Notes: generated by a model not told the origin, from the letters alone. 63,772 bases of DNA, filler included, from Nemertoderma westbladi (GCA_032718475.1; 3 parts of 3 records of this genome joined end to end with filler, not necessarily neighbours in it); one strand, 5' to 3'; positions 11,607-24,149 are shown, numbered from the whole stretch's first letter. Translations and numbers: made by a program.

Positions 11607-12640
11607 TGTAAAAGCTTTTGCAGACATAACAAGCCATTTTTCTCCGCAATGTACCATGTAGGTGCTTTAGCGGACATAACAAGCCATTTTCTGCCGCAAT
11701 GCGCCTAATACTCTAAAAGACTGGAACTCAGATGACGAAATCTGTCAGCTGATTTACTGTAAACGTGGAACCTCTCTTTGTTCGGCTCAGCCAATCAGAG
11801 CGATTTTCATTTTATGTTGGACAAGGGCCTATGTAAAACCGCGCAATGCATTACAGTCTTTGTTTTACCTTTCTGAGCGAGAGAACTGCTTGGAAATCTT
11901 CTGTTACTTCTGTTGTGGAAGTTTCAGACTTTGCCTAAAGATCTGATGGCTTTGATTACAGGAACGTAAATCTATTATCTGAATAACACCTGGCAATCCA
12001 TACTGCAATCCACATATCAACTCAAACTGCTGAACTGACTGATGCATTACGACTTTTCACCGCATTATTTACTTCTGTTTACTGTCTGTTATTAATTGTT
12101 GTATATTGTTGGATATGTTGTTATATTTGGAGAATACCGATAAATAATCATAAAACCCCAATCTTCTTGATTACTGAAGGTAAGAGGACAGTTTACCGGT
12201 AGCAACTGTGACTTAAATTATAGTGGTTTTTGTGTGAATTAAATGCTATTTCATAATCCCTACAAGTGTCAGTTGCGATCTTCTTTATATATGATCAAAT
12301 TCAGTGATGGTCGGCAGATCACTGTGCAGTAGTGTGAAGTAGTATGACAGATAATAAAGCATCTCCTAAAGAATGCGCTATTTACGAAACTCAGTAGCCA
12401 TCTAGTTGTGATTAGTACAAGTCATAACTCTGTTTTTATACTTAAAGCGCCACGTCCTAAATGAACTGTTAATATTTCCCCGAAATTAAATATATTTGTC
12501 AGAGATTATATAGTAACGATCAATCGAATAATACAGTAGGTCTACACCGCAATAACGTCAAAGCCCCCGAATCCAGTCTCCCTTAACCGTGGGTGAATGA
12601 TCGCGCACAGACTGGCTTCGGCAGATATAACTTCAGTACA
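11607..12640 (+). mobile_element. 3' LTR of copy 1 (right end approximate)
   Basis: PPT-like GGGAGCGG then TGTAAAAGC; duplicated gacataacaagccatttt; CCAAT box AGCCAATCAGAG near 11790; homologous to three other LTRs in the window. Confidence 0.8.
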
Positions 12641-12813
12641 TTAAATAATTGGTCTAGGCTAAAGTCGATTTATAAACATGAAGACAACTAAAATTGGCAG
12701 GTTAAACTGCTAAAGGTCTAAAAGCGCGAACACATTATACAAAATGGAAGTACCACTAAACACATGGCTTTAGCATATGTATAATCGACTGCAATAGAAC
12801 AATATCATGCACA

Positions 12814-13054
12814 AGCAAGCAAGCAACCAAACATTCGGCCGAAGCTGGAGGCGACCCGAAGGCTCCTCTTTTGATAGCTGCTACCTGAGGGTAGGGGTGG
12901 GCGCTACTCCTATCCCAAGATTTGCTCCCAGTTACTTAACTGGTACTCATTTTATCGACCCCAGTGGATGAAAGGCTGAGTGGACCCTGGCGTGGCTGAA
13001 TCTACAACCAGTAGATTGCAGGCCCAGCGCTCAACCAACTGAGCTACCCCGCCT
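12814..13054 (-). mobile_element. tRNA-derived SINE with 11-bp TSD
   Basis: Minus strand: GGTAGCTCAGTTGG A-box head, body CTCAGCCTTTCATCC...GGTCGATAAAATGAGTACCAG, (TTGC)n tail; TATCATGCACA at 12803-12813 and 13055-13065. Confidence 0.88.
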
Positions 13055-13133
13055 TATCATGCACAGGATGTTCTATAATAAGTTGTCAGCAAAAATAACT
13101 ATTTTACGCTTGCAGGGTGACCATGATTTTAAC

Positions 13134-13625
13134 AGGTGTATGGACAATTCCGACCCGGACAATTGTGACCCGGACAATTCCGGGTCGGAATTGTCTGAAT
13201 CCATCGATAGGACAATTCCAACCCAAATAATTAAATAATAATAATAATAATAAATAGTAATTTTATGTAACCAATATGTAATTTTATAGTTGAAAAGTAC
13301 TTTTCGAATTGAGTGCATTCGGTACTAGTGTGTTTTGGACACACCCCCCACCAAATTATTAATACTAGCTTGTTTTTGCTACTTTTTTAAAAATGTTCTA
13401 AAACATATTAGCTATTGATTAAGAAACATATTAGTGTTCTAGAACACATGTTATTGTTATTGGTTACCGGTAATTTATATTAATTAGATTTATATATTTG
13501 GATCCGGACAATTCCGAACCAGGAAAATTTCATTCCATTTCTGAGACGGTCGCAATTGTGCGGGTCTGAATTGTCCGGGTCGCAATTGTCCAGGTCGCAA
13601 TTGTCCAGGTCGGAATTGTCCTAAA
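13134..13625. mobile_element. Foldback-type non-autonomous DNA element(s) with 15-bp inverted subterminal repeats
   Basis: GGACAATT(C/G)(C/T)GACCC repeats at 13142-13225 and 13506; inverted GGTCGCAATTGTCC arrays at 13181-13197 and 13548-13621. Confidence 0.65.
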
Positions 13626-14399
13626 TTAATTTTAATAATGTGATAACATTGCCTCCTGCAGTTCTTTTTTTGCATCCAGGAAGACTTGTCGGAGTCCAAC
13701 TTCTTAAATGTTACACTGCGCCACCACTTAGCATCAATAAGATAATAACTGCGTCTGAAGTTGGTTATTTTCCAATAAGTACCTGTTTCAAAGTTTTGAA
13801 TCCCAACCTCATCTCTCGAACTGTTTTGACAAGCCCACTACTATCCAATATAACAACTTATTCTACTGCCACTTTATCGGTTTCCACTGTATTTCCTTTG
13901 TAAATAAGAAAACATAGAATCAGGACATTACGCCCAAAATAGTACTCAGCCCATGGCCATCAAAAACCACAAACAATACAAACAAAAACGACACGTTTGT
14001 GGGCCCATCGCGCAGGACGAGGCTCAGTTATTGGATACAGATTAAAATTGAGCAATTCCATCCCAAAATCGGTACTTAAGAAATTTAAATAAATAATTAA
14101 GAAAATTTAACCAAAACGCCAATAAGAATAAATAACCCCCCCCCCCCCCTGCTTCAACCGCCCTCTTAATCTGCACCACCCCAACCCAAAGAAGCACAGA
14201 TGATTAATGAAAGGTAGATAAAACAAGCTGACTTTAACTTACACTACTGTAGTGGCTATGTCCTATTGATAACTGTCCTAACTGACAGACATAATGAATG
14301 CGCAACTTAACAACAAACCAGCTCTGGGCATGAAGTATAATCTATAGTATATATTGAAGTATATGAAGTATATATTAAAATATCTCGAATACGAATCCT

Positions 14400-17160
14400 C
14401 GCTACTTATGATTACTCAACGCCGTGAACGCAACGCGGACCCGAAACTCGACAAAAATCCTGCAACTAAACGTCGGGAGCGAGTATATCAAACGGATTTG
14501 TCCACATGCGAAGAAGAATCAGAGGAAAATGAGAGTTCGTATCATATATTGGATAACACTGAACGTACGACACAACAGCGAAAGGACCCTAGCCTAGATC
14601 TCCATCTCCTAGACGCAAAGGTCAATCGGACAGACCCTCACGTGACCGTACTCCGATCCGAACTCTTAAAACCCAAAACGCAATGCATACTGAGGTAAAA
14701 ACTCTTAAACCGATTATTAAGACAGTAACCTATGCTGGCTGTTCGTTATGTAGTAAAGAGTCCCATAGATTATCACAATGTCCTGAGTTCATCAAGTTAT
14801 CACTTAAGAAACGAAGAGAAACCGCTGGTTCACTCAGAGTATGTTATGTTCCTATGTTTGTGTCCCGGTCATAGCAGAAGCAGGTGCTATCTAAATACTT
14901 ATAAATATAATACTTATATACTTGGATACTTATAAATGCGTTAAATGTAATGGTAACCATCATTATCAGAAAGACATGATGCCGCATATGAAAGCGAAAG
15001 TCCAGTTTACTGATCATTCACCCTACGATTCTTCTGGATATTCGGAACAAGAATTCGACACAGACGAATTTCCGACCGATAATGAAAGTTGCAACCACGT
15101 AATGGTGTATGAAGCCATCACCTACGAGTCGCCAACTACTCCAGAACAAACATCAGATGAACAAATATCACAGCAAACATCCGGGTGATGAAAATCGATT
15201 GGTGTTCGCGAATTCCCCGTTCAGCAAGTGAGGTTACATTATAACAATCGCAACATCATAGTGAACGCCTTACTTGACACTGGTAGTTCAGGATCATTTA
15301 TAGACCAAGACCTTGCCAATGAACTATTTGATGAGAACGATGGACTGGACACCCTATGAAATTAAATCTTTCCGGCGTAATGCAAATTTGGCAATTGGTT
15401 TTTCAAACTCGTTATTACAAGGTTTCACTGTCCGACACAGGAGACATCTATAATGTGGGTAAACTAGATAACATCAAAATGGTAGCCATAAAGAATTTCG
15501 CAGAACGCCAGGCACCAATGTATGATTGGGACAGCGACGACTTTGTAAAAAACAATAACATACCGAGATACAAACTTGACCACCAAGGAGTCCAACTATT
15601 GATCGGCCAGAACGCACTGGATGCTATGGAAATTATGGAAAAGTTCCCCAGTTCCCCTCCACCGTTGACCACATACGCTGGTAGAACTCGTGTAGGATGG
15701 TTCTGTACCGGTCCTTCTATTAAAACTTTAAATGAAAGAACAACCAATGACGAAACTTTAACTAATAATATTTACTTTGAAGAACTTTCTATTAACTACA
15801 TCCGTTCACAACAACCCGTCAGGATCATGGAAGCGGTGAGATTCGCGGAGGGAGGATCCGATTTTGTACTAAATACAAAATTTTCAAAATTTCCAGACAA
15901 TTCAAGTGACTCCAGCGATAACGATCTACAACAATCTACAATATACAGAAGACGCGATTAAAATGTTAGAATACGGAGAATACACCCGCTGTTTACTAAC
16001 AGAAGTGACCCCATTAACTAACTACTATACAGACACTGAGGAGGATAGGGATGTTTTATTGCAAAAAAATATCGCCGATGCCGCTTTAACAGAAAAAATA
16101 TCCAATTGGGTGGATCAACAAAAGATGGAAGAAAATTCTCACGATAGAGCCCTATCCATCGAAGAAGAACGAGCCATACAGATCCAAAATGCCACCACCC
16201 GTTACATCCCTGAAGAAGGTAGATATGAGACAGGGCTCCTGTGGCGCTCCAAATCGGTGTGGTTAATGAACAACCGCGTCTTGGCCGAGAAACGCTTAAG
16301 TCAACTTAAGATATGTTTAAATGGCGATCCCAACGCTTTAAGGATGTACAACGAACAAATGTCGAAAACCATCAGCGAAGGATATGCTACCGAGGTGCCA
16401 CCTGATACTCCCCATACTGATCGCACGTATTATATCACCCATCATTACGTGAAAAGACCTGATAAACCAGATAAGGTCCGAGTAGTTTTTGACGGATCAG
16501 CTCTGTACAAGGAACAATTGCTGAACTCTCAATTACAAGCCGGCCCCAACCTACTGCGTTCACTTCCAGGAATACTGATCCATTTAAGACAATTCGATGT
16601 TGCCTTCGCCTCTGATATCGAAGGAATGTTCCTGCAAGTCAAGGTCACTCGGGAGGACCAGGACAGCTTACGTTTCCTCTGGTGGCCTGGAGGAGATACC
16701 AGTAAGACACCCAGGAGTATTGGATGACTATATAAGCCTTTGTGCTAATATCCAGCCCTTTGAATGCCTGCCATATTGTTTCCCGCAAGGCAATGACAAT
16801 AGACATTTATATGAATCTGGAGTAATCAATAACATTAAACGAAACATCTTTATGACGATTACCTAGATTCCGTGCCCACTGTACAGGAAGCTGTGTCCGT
16901 TGCTAAGAGAACGGTTGATTGTCTGAAGAAAGGTGGCTTCCGCCTAACTAAGTTCACCAGTAACTCCCGGGAATTCCTGTCTACCATTCCGGAAGCGGAG
17001 AGAGGCAGTCACGACTTAGACCTTAGCACTGACGACTTGCCAGCAACCAAGACTCTTGGCCTTAGATGGGACACACAATGGGATGAAATGTTCTTTAAGG
17101 TTCAAACTAGACCTACAGGTATACGTACCAAACGTATTTGCCTCAGTATATTGTGTTCGC
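14400..17160 (+). pseudogene. Degenerate BEL/Pao gag-protease-RT, truncated in early RNase H
   Basis: Gag CSLCSKESHRLSQC...CLCPGHSRSRC...CVKCNGNHH; protease VNALLDTGSSGSFI (~15260); RT RYETGLLWR, YYITHH, KVRVVFDGSA, GPNLL, SDIEGMFLQV, LRFLW, GGFRLTKFTSNS, KTLGLRWD; many frameshifts. Confidence 0.9.
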
Positions 17161-17244
17161 GCTTTCAGACCTTTAGCAGTTTAACCTGCCAAATTGGGAT
17201 GTCTTTTAGATGATAGATCGTCTTTAGCCTTTGACAAGTATTTG

Positions 17245-20200
17245 ATACACTACATTAGCCGAAGCCAGTCTATGCGCGATCATTCACCCACTGGATATAC
17301 CCGGGAGACTGGATTCGGAAGCCTAACCGTATTGCGGGGTAGGCCTACTGTATTATTCGACTGATCGCAATATATATAATCTCTGACAAATATTATTCAC
17401 TTTCGGGAAATATTAACAGTTCCTTTAGGACGTGGCGCTTTAAATATATAAACAGAGTTATGACTTAAACTAGACACAACGGGATGGCTATAGATTCACG
17501 TATATGGCGCATTCTTTAGGAGATGCTTTGTTATCAATCACAATCATACACAATACTGCACAATGCTGCACACTGATCTGTCGACCTTCATTAATTTTAG
17601 TCACATATAAGGAGAACAACAGACAATACATGTAGGGCCTATAAAATAGCATTAGATTCACTTCAAACCACTTAATGTAAGTCGCAATCGTTATATGTAA
17701 CCGGTCTCTCTAACCTTTAGTATATCAAGAAGATTGGGGTGTCTGATTATTTATCAGTATTCCAAATATAATATTCCATCAACAAATATAATGAATAACC
17801 GACAGTAAATAGCAGTACAATGTTAAGTTATGAATGGTTTGTTAAGTTATGAGTGAGTAAGTTATGATTATTGAGTTTCGTATGATAACAGATATACGTT
17901 CTATAATTAAGCCTACTAATGTTGGGCTAAAGACTGAAACACGGAGGTTCCAAAGCCGGTGTTCTTAGGCTGTGGACAAAATCACAAACTGACTCAACTC
18001 CACGAGTTTCTATATACAATCTCTAACACAGAGGCAAAAAACGCTCTGATTGGTCGACCGAACAAAGAAGGAACAGAGAACAAAGAAAAGGCTCCACGTG
18101 TACAGCATCAGCTGTTAGCCGTCGTCATGGTAGCTACACTGTTTCAAGAGGATCTGGCGTATTGCGTCATAGAATTACTAATTATGTCCGCTAAAGTACA
18201 CATACAGAAGAAATGGCTTTTATGTCCTCTAAAACACCAGTTTAGTAAGGACACGGCCTTTTATGCCTGTTAAACCAACTACAGAGTACTTTACGGGGAA
18301 AATAACCGGCTAATTCCGCAAAAGCCTTTACACCGCTCCCAGAAAATGGGATTTAAGTCTATAAAATATAACAAATCACAGTTTCTAAAATATAAAAATA
18401 CTCTAAACAGTTAGTCTTTCTTACGCGGACGGCGTTTACGCAGTTTTTTGAGGCTAGCAAGAGTCCTTTTCTCTTTGGGGCGAGCCACTTTACTAGGAGG
18501 GCTATAAATCCTGGGTGAATGGTGCAATATGATTGCATCAGAAGGTGTAGGATTATGGTGGGGGTATCCGCCGTTTTGATATGCTTCTCCTCGAGCTGAT
18601 TTTCCTCCGCTCGTAGCTGGATACGTTCATCCAAAAACTCTCGCAGAGAATAGGGTCGTCCAAGTTCGATAACTTCTTAGAGATTCTGGATTTCCCGATC
18701 GAACTGAGATAAAGTTACTTTGTTTACCGCTTGGACTTGCTAGTGCAATTTACGTTTATCTGAACAAGCATAAGTTCCTTTTCTGATCTTTGTAGAATAG
18801 CGTCTAACTCATTTGGTACAACGCTCTCCGCCACTTTGGTGACAGGTTATATCGTGTTAAGCCGGGACAATGGTAAGGGTTAAACGGCGATATTAAATGT
18901 CCGCGTCCCAATCCGGCTAGGTAGGATGGGCTAATATCTAGGAAGCCCACAACCGGGGTGCCACCGACTAATTGTTCAGGTAACACTAGATCTTTGAACA
19001 GTGAGTACAGCTCGGGAGGATCCGTCATACTAATAGGATCAAGAGTCTGAGGTCTCACTAGGGAATGAGGAGGTCTGATCGAGTATTCCGAAACTCTGAT
19101 CATTGGTTTATTTAAGGATCGTCTGAGTCGAACGAGCGTAGGTGATACGTCAAACAAATTTCGCTCGAAACTCCCGCCAGTATAGCGAGTAAAACCGTGT
19201 TTAGTGCAACGTCTCCGCGGATGTTTAGGTCTTTCCGTTTGTTGGTTGGGTCTACGGCATTCATCGTAATAATACCAAAGACGCACGTCTTGTAGGGGAA
19301 ACGCGAGTGATCTTTCTCCAGCTTACAATATTCCTCCATCCGTTCGAAGCTATCCAGTACAACAGGTAGCGGTCGATCGGCGGTAAGATACATCATAGTG
19401 GAATAGAGCCGTTTGAGTTCTACCATGCGGTCATGATGTATACCTTGAGGATATCGAGTTTCTAGATTCTGTTGACTGGTAATATCGAGATATGTTTCTC
19501 TCAAGAATTCCAGGTATTTGGTGAAGTTGCTGCGTTTATCCGGCTCTTCAACATCTGCACTTTCGAGTCGGTTTCGAATATAATTTTCGTGTTCGAGTCT
19601 CAGTTTATCGTTCCGCTTCCGCTGGGTATGATATTTAAATAAAACCATTTCCCTTTTGGTGTCTATATCGTTCGTATCATGTAGGTCGATAGGATGACCA
19701 GTAGTTAAGAAGTCCATATACGTACCATTACGATGCGTATAGCGAGCGGTGAATTTTCTACAGTACAACCCACGCGCAAGTTGCTCCCGGGACATTGGCG
19801 GTTAGATATAACGACCATCGTCCTCCGTAGTAGTTGGACCAGCGTCGCCGCGTATCAAGCAATCAACAAACGCTTGTAAAGGTAGAGTATATCGCTCCCT
19901 GATACCAAGATCATCTTCTATCAACTCAATCATATCTGCTATATAAGTTTATCCATATTATAAGAGTTTATATTTAGGCGCGCGGGCGTAGCTGCCTACC
20001 CCTCTCTGCCCCCGGACAGTGCGAGATCCTCAGCGCTGGTGTACTTTCGCCGATGTGCCTATCGCCAACATCGTAGCTGCACAACGACTACAACAACCAG
20101 CACGAGTCACTCCACCGTCCGTCCCAAAGGCTTAGATATACTTCAGGTTCTTACTGGAGAGTTAGGGCTACTTTCACAATTGCGACTCGCTACTGTAAAC

Positions 20201-21450
20201 ACACCTTAGTAGTAACATTCACCTACAAACGCACAAATTCCACGTAACTGTCACAAATGGTACACATTCTATCACACATTCGGGTCATTTGTCCTTTAGT
20301 CAAGTGCCTTCCAGAATGTCACGTTGTTATTATGTATCCTTGGATACTAGCGGTGTGCTATTTATTCCGTATGCTATTCAATGAGCAAGCTTTTTATTGT
20401 TCTGTTAACTCGCTTCTAATTCTAGCGTGGTTGTTGCCATGGTGACATTATGGAAAGCTAGCGGTAGAATTAGGGTAATTCTCATGCATACAGATCTGGG
20501 ATGCTATTTAATAGTAATTCTTTAATTGTCAATATCCTCTCTATATATGATTTTATGAATTTTATCGGCTATTGACTATATATTGGAGATTCTCGCACAC
20601 TAATACACTTAATAGAGTGAATCTCCGCTCCCATGATCTATTAATTAATGGAATTTTGGGAATGTTATAAATTGTATAAAAATGACAATTTATTAAATTC
20701 ATTAAAATATATGAATTTAAATTTATTCCCGTAAATTTTATTATTTAATGTTAAATAGACACAATTTTATTCCAGAACGTGTCTGGGGACTGGGATCCTT
20801 GATTCTAGGAATTTTGACCTTTTAAGAGTATCGGTAAGTGCTACGATATCTTAATCGACTAGAATTTTAAAGGATCTAAAATTTCGACAGATTTTATAAA
20901 TATTAATAATTAATATTTAGGATGGGCACCAGTTTATTCCAGAACTTGTCTGGGGACGTTAACCACTGATTCTAGAATTTGTCTTTCAAGTATATCAGTG
21001 GGTGCCGCGATATCTTAATCGACTAGAATTACAGCTGGTCAAAGGGTTTAACAGATTTATTTTGCGTTATACGCTACTGTTAAAGGGACATCACACTACT
21101 ATATGTATTATTTAATATACGGTATGAGAGCAATATCGCACAAAGCAATGTCAGTGAGAAGAGGCAAGTCGTTTCCAAGGTCTACCCAGAGCTTGGTTTA
21201 GCCGAGACACGAGGATCTGAATTTTGCATTCCTAATACTCTGCTTACCAATAATACTTAAATATAGTAGGAGCTTTATTGTACTTTAATAAGTACGGACA
21301 TTTCATCTTACTGTAGTTACTTATTTGTAAGGTAATACGGACAGTAAGGAAGGAGAAAAAGAATTATTTCTCGCCGTCGCACTAAATATATAATATGTAA
21401 GTAATTAAGTAATAAACGCGAATATATATTGCACTAATCTACTAAATAAT
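17245..21450 (-). mobile_element. Inverted copy 2 of the LTR element: spacer, internally deleted accessory ORF, PPT, 3' LTR (about 17245-18332)
   Basis: Reverse complement of 6989-8945 and 11360-12625; minus-strand GGGAGCGG then TGTAAAGGC at 18332; cut at 21451 by another LTR. Confidence 0.85.
18411..19930 (-). pseudogene. Accessory ORF copy 2: N-terminal ~450 codons with stops/frameshifts, joined by deletion to the C-terminal tail
   Basis: ORF pieces 19112-19795, 18804-19286 and 18359-18634; junction near 18575 jumps to sequence matching 11360. Confidence 0.7.
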
Positions 21451-22063
21451 TGTTAGCTTATCCAATTCCGCTAACATGAACCCACAAAGTAAGCCGTTGA
21501 GCAATATTGGGAGCACGAGGTTGATTACCAATCAACCTCGTGTCAGCCCAGTAAACGGGGACAATAGGCCCCAAAGGAGACACACACAATAAGGGTCAGG
21601 GGCCAAACCCCTAACAGAGAGAGAACAACAGGGGCAACAGGAAACACACCAGGGAAGGTGAAAGGGCGAGAAGTGGGATATTAGCCAATGGGGGGACAGC
21701 ATCGACTAGGTACAGATCGACTAGGTACTAGGTGCAGTACATATATTACCTGTTGGTGCTTCCCTATTCAGTTTAGTTTACTCAGTCAGATCAGTAGGGT
21801 GGAACGGGGACTTCTGTCACCGTCCGCTACCGCCATCATACTTATATTACCTGTTGTGTCATACTATACTATATATATATCAGACTATTATACCTTTATA
21901 CATATTACCGAACATCAGAACTCTTTTACCTTTCACACACGGCGGGGACGCGTGGATAGAAAACCCAACGGATAAACCGGGATCCGTAGATCCCGTCACA
22001 GTGACAGAATCAGATCCGCCCAGCTGCCCTGACAGAGATAGAATCCTAGCAGCTGCCCTAACA
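21451..22063 (+). mobile_element. Probable 5' LTR (613 bp) of a second LTR retrotransposon inserted into copy 2
   Basis: Homology to copy 1 stops exactly at TGTTAG (21451); the segment ends CTAACA (perfect 6-bp terminal inverted repeat) and an ORF follows. Confidence 0.65.
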
Positions 22064-22130
22064 GTCTGACAGTGATAGAACTAGATCCAACCAACTGACA
22101 GACTGTAGCTGCCAGCCACCAAAGACAAAG

Positions 22131-22936
22131 ATGAGTCGAGAGAAAGGAACGACACCGCCGCGGACCCCGGACGACGATCTAACGATCCGCGAGGCCACGG
22201 CGAGACGATACGAACCCACGACGCCGGTCGATGCTACGCTGACCACGTCGACGCACGTTGACGCCACGTCGATAACGAGCGACCCGGCGAACCAAGATGT
22301 GGGGGGTCGTCTACAAAGAGAGGACGAGTCGGGAGTCGAAAGGGAGAAAGACGAGTCGACGCGGAGTGAAGGTCGACATACCGATGTCGCCAGCCAGCCA
22401 CAGGCCGAGGACGACGAACGGTCCACCGGAACGGCGACGGTGGGGCCGTCGGTACGACGTCGGACCCGGAGAGACGGAAGAGAGGTCGGCGACGAGGACG
22501 TCGGGGTTTCTGATCGACTTCGACGGGCCTACAACGCGACCCGGGAACTACTAAAGGAGGCCAAGGAGGGGGCGAGGATAGACGAGGTCAAGATGACAAA
22601 AGGACTAGGTGAGTCGAACAGATACTTTGATCACCTAGTGTGTTCTGGGCAGAGAGAACTAGCCGAGGAGAGAGCGAGGGGGGTTGCCAACGAACTGATT
22701 GAACTATGGGAATGTGGGGGTATGGAACCTAGCGTAGTGTACATAGGGCCATACTTAGTCGATGCCCGGGGAGTAAAATTAGTGGGTTGGAAGAGACCTG
22801 AGGAGGGCGAATCCGAGGTTAACTCCGAGGATTCGGTCTCGTCGGTTGGAGGAAGTTCCGGGAGGCGGGGGAAAGTTAGTAGGACGGAGGGGCGGCGGGA
22901 GTCCGTCGCAACCGATAAGTCTGCTACATCCTCCAC
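22131..22936 (+). CDS. Putative gag-like N-terminus, truncated by the gap
   Basis: ATG 68 bp after the LTR; open, GC-rich frame to the contig end; no diagnostic motif, call is positional. Confidence 0.4.
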
Positions 22937-23036
22937 NNNNNNNNNNNNNNNNNNNNNNNNNNNNNNNNNNNNNNNNNNNNTTAATTAATTAANNNNNNNN
23001 NNNNNNNNNNNNNNNNNNNNNNNNNNNNNNNNNNNN
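22937..23036. other. Assembly spacer (44 N + TTAATTAATTAA + 44 N)
   Basis: Six-frame-stop linker inside an N run; identical at 46472-46571. Confidence 0.98.
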
Positions 23037-23529
23037 TATACTTTCGATAATTCAAGCAGTTTACGGTACAGCAGTATCTATCCAAAAATGCCGGTGTTTC
23101 TGGCTTAGACAGCAATAACAACAAAGTATCAAGAAAAAACAGTAAGACTGAACACTCTCCTTATGATCGGCAGGAAAGCTACACGTCGACAGGAAAAACC
23201 GCCCTGATTGGCCCAAGCCAAACAAAGAACCACGCGGCCAATGGCTGTTTCCATGTCAGCAACCAGCTGCTAGATGTCGTAATATGAATCATCACGGCTA
23301 AGCTGTGAAAGGTGGTTGGTGCATTACAAGTTTTTTGTCTTACCATATGTCCGCTAAAACACGTATATAGCAGAATGATTTTTATGTCCGTTAAAACACC
23401 TGTAAAGGTACCTTGCGGGCGAGGGGAATATATATACAGTTAGGAAACCCTTTTTAGAGTATTCCAGCGCCTGGGGGGGAACTGGCCAGCAAAGGCAAAC
23501 GTATCAGTTATCCCACAAAAGCTTTTACA
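23037..23529 (-). mobile_element. Third LTR of the family (5' half; 5' or solo LTR)
   Basis: Minus strand begins TGTAAAAGCTTTTG at 23529 with no PPT; shares CTGATTGG and TATGTCCGCTAAA blocks with 18050-18250. Confidence 0.7.
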
Positions 23530-23624
23530 ACGTGTGTAATGGCAATAATTTACCTAAAATATATTGGTTGGACGAAGGGGGAGGTAAATGTCACATGAGT
23601 ATGCTGTAGGTTATATATTAGATA

Positions 23625-23912
23625 GGTTCCACCTTGGTGTAGTGGTCGCATTGAATTCACATCTCCTGTAGGTCGTGGGTTCGATCCTCACATGGGCCAG
23701 GGCAGTTTTCGTTTCGGCACGAATGCTTTAAAGGGACCAGCCAGGGCGCATCTCTGCCTTGCATCCTTAAGTGGTAGCTAAATGAGTACTAGAGTTTCCT
23801 CTGGGGAGTAAAGTTGTGGGGGGACCGCACTGGAAAAATAAGTCGTCCTTTGTGCGTAATCCCTGGCCTAGCGGCCGAAGAAAATTCACTTCACTTCACT
23901 TCACTACACTTC
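23625..23912 (+). mobile_element. tRNA-derived SINE (second family)
   Basis: A-box TGGTGTAGTGG, B-box GGTTCGATCC, body ctctgccttgcatcc...taaatgagtactag, (TTCAC)n tail. Confidence 0.85.
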
Positions 23913-24149
23913 TGTAGGCTAATTTATAACTTACACTGGAATTTTAAATAATTATAAAAATTTTACAGAATTTTAATATTTGTTCAATCTGATTTCTGTA
24001 ATAACAATATTTTTATAGATATTAAATTAACAATATTACTGTTCATCAATTATGATTTTTAGCATGTTTCAACATGTTTAAAATTAGGTTTTAATGTATG
24101 CTCGTGAGTATAATATACAGTATTATCATTCGAGCTCGAATCCCAGAAA

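Larger units (their letters stand above)
5478..12640 (+). mobile_element. 3' portion of LTR retrotransposon copy 1: integrase, long structured spacer, accessory ORF, PPT, ~1-kb 3' LTR
   Basis: 6989-8945 and 11360-12625 align in inverted orientation with 21450-19560 and 18575-17260; GGGAGCGG precedes TGTAAA in both copies. Link of integrase to the downstream region rests on adjacency. Confidence 0.7.

Noticed and set aside
12990-13054. tRNA genes (also 23625-23700)
   Set aside because: Only A/B-box heads without a full cloverleaf, followed by SINE body and tail.
5478-17160. Integrase (5478-6855) and gag-RT (14400-17160) as one element
   Set aside because: Domain order is reversed and an LTR, a SINE and other DNA intervene; treated as separate insertions.
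22981-22992. TTAATTAATTAA palindrome
   Set aside because: Synthetic linker centred in N runs, repeated at 46516-46527; adjacency across gaps is therefore unproven.
23037-23529. 5' LTR partner of copy 2
   Set aside because: Orientation fits, but it is clearly diverged from 17245-18332 and lies across an artificial gap.
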